Of a stretch of 20,891 nt of DNA, positions 18,501-20,891 are shown in pieces. Positions within the stretch are counted from its first letter, which is position 1; each line of letters opens with the position of its first letter. The stretch is taken from assembly GCA_031414955.1 (NCBI GenBank), contig JANOQV010000254.1, positions 1 through 20,891 on the forward strand, given 5' to 3'. The notes under the pieces are model-generated. The model made no database searches and was not told the DNA's origin. It worked only from the letters and a program-made list of their open reading frames with translations. This stretch comes from Pedosphaera sp. Its GTDB lineage: Bacteria; Verrucomicrobiota; Verrucomicrobiia; Limisphaerales; SIBH01. The translations under genes and the position numbers were made by a program.

Positions 18501-20663
18501 CGAGGCCACGGCCGCGATGCGGAAGCCAATATGTGAAAACTTCCCTGCCGGGTCGCCGCTGAGCCTTTCCGATGCGCGGATGTTCAATTCGTCGTTGAGC
18601 CAGGAACCTCCGCGCAACCCGCGTTGCGACCCGAACACTACAGCGTCGTTCCGCTCCCAAACATTGCCGCCCTGGTCGAAGGTGCCATAGAAGCTGCGGG
18701 CCAGACTGAACGCGCCAATGGCGGTCAAGTATTGCTGGCTGGCCGAATAACCCGTCGCTCCGCTGACCGCGAAACCGTCATTGAAGCCGTTGGCGATCCC
18801 GTCAATCCGGACAAAGTTCGCGCTGTTCGCATCCGTGCTGTTGCCGTTACGGCTGTTCGGGGTGGTATTGCTCCGGGTGGGATACTGCCAGTAATCATCG
18901 CTGTCGCCGCCCTGACTGGCGGGTTGATGATAGGCGGCTTTGTACCACTCGTTCTCGTTGGGAATCCAGTAGCGCGCGCCGCTGTTCTTGGTGAGGCCCA
19001 CGCCGGAGATCGCACCGTTCAAAGTGTAAGCGCCGTCCTCGGTGGTGGCCGCGCTCTGCGGGCCGGTGGGATAGTTGTGGTGCATCCAGTTGGCGAAGCG
19101 CGCGGCATCGAACCAACTGACGAAGGTCACGGGCCGGCTGCCATCGCCAATGGCCGCGTAGGAATAGCTGCCGGAGGCACCGCTGCGCGAGATGCCGCCG
19201 CTGTTCTGGTCCGTGGCCAGGGTGGGATTGTAGAGGCCGTACGGGTCGGCCTTGGCCACGGCGTTGAGGAAGGCGGCGTAGGTGTAGAGCGTCACCTCGA
19301 ACTTGCTCATCGAGTAGAGATACGGCACCCCGCCGAACCCGGTGGTGGGGTCATTCGCGTTGCCCGGATTGCCCACATTGACGAAGTGCATGGCGCCGTC
19401 GGAGAAGCCCTGGCTCACCGTGACGGTGAAGGCGCAGGCACTCAACGCCCCGTCGCCATCCGTGGCCGTGCAATTGACGGTGGTGATGCCAATGGGAAAA
19501 ACCGAGCCGCTGGCCGGAACGCAACTGATGGCCGGTGCAAGCCCGGAATCATCCGTGGCCGTGACGGTGAAATTCATGACCCGGCCCGAGGTGCCCGAGA
19601 CATTCGTGGACAGGTTGGGGGAACAGGTGATGACGGGAGGGATGGTGGTCACTATCAGCGACGCGGCGGCGCTGGTCAGTGACCCGTAGGTATTGGAAAC
19701 CTCCACAGTGTAATTGCCCACGTCACTCCATTGTGCCGAGGGGATGATGAGAGTGGCAAAAGTGGCGCCGGGAATGGTCGCGCCGTTCTTTCGCCATTGG
19801 TAGGCCACCGGTTGGCTGCCAGTTGCTGTGGCGGCAAAGGTCACGGAAACTCCCAACCCTATCGCCGCGCCCAGGGGTTGGCTCGTGATCGTTGGTGCAA
19901 CAGGAGCGTAGGAAGCAGCGGCTGCCAAAACGGCGATCCAACCATTGTTCTGAGACCCAATGGGCGAAGCATCGTACCAATCCCAGCCCAAAAAGATGAT
20001 GCTACCGGCTCCTTTTGGAATCACCACCACTGCGGCAGCCGTTCCAAAAGTGTAGATGACTTTGGAACCTGGTGGCAGGGTGGTGGTCACGAAGTACGAA
20101 CTTCCATTGTTGTTCGGAATCGAGGCCGGGCCTCCGGCGAAGGATGTTCCGGAGGCATCGGATGAACGAGAAAACACAGCTGTGCCTGAGTCGAATTCGC
20201 TGATCGAAAAGCCAAAGACCGTGTTGAGCAAGCTCGCGGCTCTTGGCGCAGAGAAGCCGTTGACCAGGATTTTTCCGCCACGGGCCACGTAGTTCGAAAT
20301 CACCCCAATCGTCCCCGGAGTCCCAATACTCCCTGAGATCAACAAACCGCTGAACGCTGCATACTCCTGTTCTGGTATCAACAGGTATTCCGCCGTGCTA
20401 ACTGCAGTGAAAAATTCATTACTGCCATATCCGCCAAAAAAATTGACCGTATGCCCCTGACTTTCGAGAGACGCCTTAATATTTCGCACTTCACCCTGAA
20501 ACCCGACGGATCCATCGAAATACAACGAGTGGACGACCTCGTTCACAGTGGCGGCGCTCGCGGCTGGGACTGCTAAAGCCAGCACGGCGAAGCCAAATAC
20601 AGCGCAGAGCACGGCCCGAACAGCACGCCCGCAGCGAAATGAATTTTCGAGTTGGTTTTTCAT
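9327..20663 (-). CDS. Giant secreted multidomain surface protein/adhesin, ~3778 aa (HYR, DUF5011, Ig, beta-propeller, FGE-like and P-domain-like modules)
   Basis: Uninterrupted 11.3-kb ORF. ATG 20663 gives a signal peptide (MKNQLENSFRCGRAVRAVLCAVFGFAVLALAVPAASA|A), whereas the extension to 20837 crosses REP-like hairpins. Recognisable repeats run throughout the ORF. Confidence 0.93.
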   Translation of the reverse strand: MKNQLENSFRCGRAVRAVLCAVFGFAVLALAVPAASAATVNEVVHSLYFDGSVGFQGEVRNIKASLESQGHTVNFFGGYGSNEFFTAVSTAEYLLIPEQEYAAFSGLLISGSIGTPGTIGVISNYVARGGKILVNGFSAPRAASLLNTVFGFSISEFDSGTAVFSRSSDASGTSFAGGPASIPNNNGSSYFVTTTLPPGSKVIYTFGTAAAVVVIPKGAGSIIFLGWDWYDASPIGSQNNGWIAVLAAAASYAPVAPTITSQPLGAAIGLGVSVTFAATATGSQPVAYQWRKNGATIPGATFATLIIPSAQWSDVGNYTVEVSNTYGSLTSAAASLIVTTIPPVITCSPNLSTNVSGTSGRVMNFTVTATDDSGLAPAISCVPASGSVFPIGITTVNCTATDGDGALSACAFTVTVSQGFSDGAMHFVNVGNPGNANDPTTGFGGVPYLYSMSKFEVTLYTYAAFLNAVAKADPYGLYNPTLATDQNSGGISRSGASGSYSYAAIGDGSRPVTFVSWFDAARFANWMHHNYPTGPQSAATTEDGAYTLNGAISGVGLTKNSGARYWIPNENEWYKAAYHQPASQGGDSDDYWQYPTRSNTTPNSRNGNSTDANSANFVRIDGIANGFNDGFAVSGATGYSASQQYLTAIGAFSLARSFYGTFDQGGNVWERNDAVVFGSQRGLRGGSWLNDELNIRASERLSGDPAGKFSHIGFRIAAVASPMIQYMPNLVVNCSPNSLTPVSYTVGAVGFSPVVVVCTPPSGSSFPAGVSTVNCVATDATGNSNSCSFTVTVLPGDGALIGYAWTNFVGLPGTSGTTDGTGSAALFDTPSGIALDGSGNIYIADRQNHIIRKVTAAGVVTTFAGSAGVAGTADGTGGAAQFNSPAGLATDPSGNLYVADQNNHTVRKISPAGVVTTLAGLGGAGGSADGTGGAARFAYPRAVAVDAAGNVFVTDQGNHTLRQVTSAGVVTTLAGAVLTTGSADGTGSAARFNYPAGLALDSTGNIFVADESNHTIRRVTPAGVVTTYAGSAGVTGSADGPAGTARFNVPHGVMLDASNNLFVAEVNNRTIRRITPAGVVSTIGGSAGLSGSADGIGSAARFLGPNGIAVDASGNLFVADSANQRITKGTPVYSGTAPVLSWAQLHNGPGNGDDEVQGLAVDGSGNIFVTGYATGSGGGRDFYTAKYAAASGALLWQQTYNGPANGTDVGRAMALDFSGNAIVTGYSEGVGSGLDYFTVKYAAADGAVLWTNRYNGTGNYVDDPYAVAVDASGNVFVTGASFNGSNHDFFTVKYAAANGAVLWTNRYNGPGNGVDVGYALAVDANGNAVVTGYSDGGASNYDIHTVKYAAADGAVLWTNRYNGTGNADDYPASLAIDASGNVAVTGYSRSGTVSFDRYTAKYAAATGALLWENRYQGPDSVHVLGQVVAVDAAGNVVVTGDYIYLVGADVKYDVHTAKYAAANGALLWEKRYNGPANGSDQARAVAVDASGNVVATMHSDGIGSGWDIYTVKYAAADGAVLWESRYNGPANGNDYPVKLALAPGGTIVVAGASDSDFTTATNYDGVVVVYRPAADTFAPVITCSSNRIVACAGPGGTAVSFSTSAVDNSDTNVIIICTPPSGSLFALGVSPVVCTAMDATLNTNVCSFTVTVVDTTPPVVTRNGAATLSVLRDAVFTDPGATATDGCAGALSVTTSGTVNVSTPGNYTLTYSAVDPSGNSNGVTRTVTVLGPVLAVFDGTSVGSTPSLELIHEWPIGTWWPGQVIVASDGRLYGTSVNDGTNSAGTVFRLERDGTGFEVLHHFQTNGVDGRSPATWGLLEGSDGKMYGSCSYGGTNDYGILFRLNKDGSGYAVLHHFTMADFYPHFELIEGQDGALYGSTGTDNNGGTVFRINKDGTGHTVLHTFPSYSEETPAHIHVIQGSDGVLYGTTSFGGDFGYGSIFKLGTNGTGYLVLVSLDVEEVSGSNPLARLTEGSDGLLYGTASLNGAGGLGTVFRLHKSGTGFEVLHSFTGGNDGAYPHGPVTEGADGALYGTTYSGGYNYGTIYRLNKDGSGYSILHAFDTVGDGGPRMLASLARDAEGNLYGAYGTTTSDPGAVFKFSPGGTPLVAGESTLDFGITLPGVPVFRSITLTNSGPVILNIINLAAPTGYSAVNAPAYLLPMSAATFQVQLDAGTVGTFAGSVHIVSDDSTVHDFAFPVTGVVQDNIAPSIACPGNFMVKTPSVAGATVTYSVSASDNAGPPTVLCAPASGALFPLGLTTVHCVASDVAGNSNSCSFTVTVVLASTHSFLVNEAVPDDDGVGVVSVVNVASPIGAITDLNVTLQVTNGWNGDLYAYLVHESGFSVLLNRVGRTSIDSTGYADAGFDVTLDDQGGTNDIHSYGVTFSGDPVTGFWKPDGRETDPDFTLDTDARTALLGSFNGLNPNGEWTLFIADLEPGDVSTLVSWGLEICGTVGVAPAITNAPASLTVECPGSATFTVGASGTPPMWWQWSRNGAVLVGETNATLTRTGQHPADSAGYTVVVENHFGSVTSVVATLTVADTTLPEVTLNGAATLTVECHDTYTELGATASDTCAGTLSVTTSGAVDANTPGVYTLTYYAIDPTGNSNGVTRVVTVVDTTPPGVTRLGAATMTVECHDTFIDPGATASDLCAGTLAVSIGGAVDANTPGVYPLTYFALDPAGNSNGVTRVVTVVDTTPPTFTCPPTVAVACPAEIPLPNFIGGSVGDICDASPVVTHVGDVTNSIYPLVITRTYRATDASGNTNQCSQTLTAGAGTAVAEAWVQRYDGPGNSTDEATAVAFDPSGNVVVTGYSYASGSGADYYTAKYAAANGALLWETRYNGTGNGYDQANAVAVDASGNVVVTGSSYNGSSYDCYTAKYAAADGALLWEKRYNGPDNSADESIAVALDSSGNVAVTGYSHNGTNADYYTAKYAAADGALLWEKRYAGTANGLDRAAAVAVDASGNVVVTGLSTDSGENADFYTAKYSAASGSLLWENRYDSPGQGLDEGRAVAVDASGNVIVTGSASTGNNTDYYTAKYAGGDGTLLWEKRYNGPGNAHDFVQALAVDASGSVVVTGYSDGGGSSFDYYTAKYAAADGVLLWEKRYNGQANSDDVASAVAVDAIGNVLVTGLSLGTQSYYDAYTAKYAGADGTLVWERRYNGSANDNDSATALAVDPIGNVAVAGTSWGGSSYDFLTVLYRDTPSTPEPTLVCSSNRVVECTGAGTAVVMFAATLFDTCNPGGVVTCVPPSGSVFALGTNSVVCSATDSFGRLLQCSFTVAVVDTTPPEVTLTGAATLTVECHDPFTDPGATASDSCAGTLAVTTAGSVDANTPGIHTLTYYAIDPAGNSNGVTRVVTVVDTTPPGITAPPNVTVQCLGDVPPANFVGGSVSDACDVTVLAVHLDDSSTGTNPRVITRRYRAVDASGNAATNSQTITVHDLTPPAIICPADVTVPAAAGLCVATGVALGTPVTSDDCGVASVTSNAPAVFPIGTTVVTWTVTDVNGLTATCAQNVTVTETDLPVITSQPQSRTNSPGSTATFSVVVTSCTNVTFQWCFGTNFIQHATNAALTLPSVALVDSGPYTVKVSNGAGSVTSVVAVLTVNRAPVAGDNACGTVTDRPVKIAFVKLLNNDSDPDGDPLTIIAVSAASTNGGAVLLTTTNVIYTPPLGYFGADAFTYTISDGRGGTATANVWVAVADGRLPGRNIIAIIPQPGGAMLIRLAGIPGRAYDLQRAAEVTGPWATIITLTAPPNGLMEYLDLTPPPGMGFYRTLEHP
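9570..10098 (-). other. Ig domain followed by cadherin-like (Big_9/tandem-95 type) domain in giant protein
   Basis: PVITSQP…FQW…DSGPYTVKVSN, then NRAPVAGDN…LLNNDSDPDGDPLT…YTPP…GADAFTYTISDGRGGTATA. Confidence 0.8.
11058..12323 (-). repeat. Eight ~54-aa PQQ-like/SBBP-type beta-propeller repeats (copy 2)
   Basis: Consensus LWEKRYNG-x2-N-x2-D…AVAVDASGNVVVTG-x-S…DYYTAKYAAADG, 8 units. Confidence 0.88.
13314..13811 (-). other. Proprotein-convertase P-domain-like module in giant protein
   Basis: VPDDDGVG…ITDLNVTL-x-V…WNGDLYAYLVH…LLNRVG…LGSFNGLNPNGEWTLFIAD…TLVSWGLEI. No subtilase catalytic domain is present. Confidence 0.8.
14055..14357 (-). other. ASH/choice-of-anchor-D-like Ig domain (main body)
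   Basis: LDFG-x-T-x2-G…RSITLTNSG-x3-L…TFQVQLDA…GTFAGSVHIVSDD…FAFPVTGVV. Confidence 0.7.
14358..15425 (-). repeat. Seven Gloeo_Verruco (TIGR03803-like) repeats, predicted 7-bladed propeller
   Basis: Consensus [FY]-x-VLH-x-F…L-x-EGSDG-x-LYGT…GG…GTVFRLNKDG[TS]G, 7 units. Confidence 0.85.
15951..17246 (-). repeat. Eight ~54-aa PQQ-like/SBBP-type beta-propeller repeats (copy 1)
   Basis: Consensus LW-x2-RYNG…D…AVDASGNV-x-VTG…D-x2-TVKYAAADGAV, 8 units. Confidence 0.88.
17277..18251 (-). repeat. Six 55-aa NHL repeats, predicted 6-bladed propeller
   Basis: Consensus VTT-x-AG…GSADGTG-x-AARF-x2-P-x-G-x-A-x-D-x2-GN-x-[FY]VAD-x2-NHTIR-x-[VI]T-x-AGV, 6 units. Confidence 0.9.
18510..19391 (-). other. FGE-sulfatase/SUMF1-like (C-type-lectin-fold) domain in giant protein
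   Basis: MSKFEVT…YAAFLN…RPVTFVSWFDAARFANW…IPNENEWYKAAY…YGTFDQGGNVWE…RGLRGGSW…IGFRIA. Confidence 0.88.
19905..20552 (-). other. N-terminal alpha/beta domain, DUF4350/class-I-GATase-like fold (tentative)
   Basis: ASLESQGHTV…YLLIPEQE…ISNYVARGGKILV…GAGSIIFLGWDWY. The 'YV-x2-GG-x-hydrophobic' and 'G-x-G-x-hydrophobic' motifs are typical of this fold. No cysteine is present. Confidence 0.55.
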
Positions 20664-20783
20664 GGTAGGGTTTTTCCGCCGGGGACAGGAATCCCGGGCC
20701 GCCGCTCCGCCGGCCCGCCCGCGCGCCAAGCCGAGGCTGAGGAGGAGTCGCCGGAGGGAGTCGCTCATTTCTCTCCACGAGTC

Positions 20784-20849
20784 GGAGCGCCCAGCATCGC
20801 TAGGCTCGGGGTGAACACCCTCATCGGGCCGAGCCATGCTCGGCGCTAC
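20784..20849. repeat. Inverted pair of 22-nt REP-like hairpins (REPIN-like) upstream of giant gene
   Basis: GGAGC-GCCCAGC-ATC-GCTAGGC (20784-20805) and, on the minus strand, GTAGC-GCCGAGC-ATG-GCTCGGC (20828-20849); 18/22 identical. The spacer contains GGGTG-AA-CACCC. Confidence 0.8.
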
Positions 20850-20891
20850 GCCCCGGTTCGTGGCCGGGGCGGTGGGGTGTTGGGGGGTTGT

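Noticed and set aside
18510..18640. Complete diversity-generating retroelement
   Set aside because: No reverse transcriptase, accessory gene or adenine-variant template repeat was seen in the window, and the FGE-like domain is internal.
9333..19682. Long plus-strand ORFs (e.g. 11901-14873, 16632-18536, 18624-19682) and alternative-frame minus ORFs (e.g. 17206-18660)
   Set aside because: Shadows of the giant gene. They have Arg/His/Gly-rich composition and their repetitiveness only mirrors the real ORF.
9327..20663. Frequent Thr-Asn dipeptides as a glycosylation signal
   Set aside because: The protein is very rich in Thr and Asn, so enrichment over expectation cannot be established without computation.
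20664..20837. 58-aa N-terminal extension of the giant ORF
   Set aside because: It runs through REP-like hairpins and would bury the signal peptide that begins at ATG 20663.

Overview
GC-rich bacterial window. The gene content and repeat styles suggest Verrucomicrobiota or another PVC lineage; this is an inference. From left to right it contains: (1) the 3' end of an IS5-family transposase with its right end; (2) a lower-GC islet with two small divergent orphan genes, one of which runs into the IS end; (3) on the minus strand, a CvpA-family gene, a 1218-aa secreted FG-GAP/ASPIC-UnbV (CRTAC1-like) gene and a translationally coupled dTDP-glucose 4,6-dehydratase (rfbB); (4) a GT2 polyprenol-phosphate-mannose-synthase-like gene and an orphan receiver-domain protein; (5) a secreted ~319-aa beta-rich protein; (6) converging on it, a ~3778-aa secreted mosaic protein. 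The giant protein has four beta-propellers of three types, an FGE/SUMF1-like domain, a P-domain-like module and a DUF4350-like N-terminus, all spaced by HYR, DUF5011 and Ig modules. The most notable signals are a shared putative C-terminal sorting domain ending F-[FY]-R-x(2-3)-HP on both convergent secreted proteins, nucleotide-identical module junctions in the giant gene, a 7-bladed propeller apparently inserted inside an Ig-like domain, REP-like doublets bracketing the giant gene, and short-period repeat elements both between genes and in frame inside a gene. No tRNA, rRNA, CRISPR array or reverse transcriptase was seen. All family assignments come from motif recognition by eye, not database searches, and domain boundaries are approximate.
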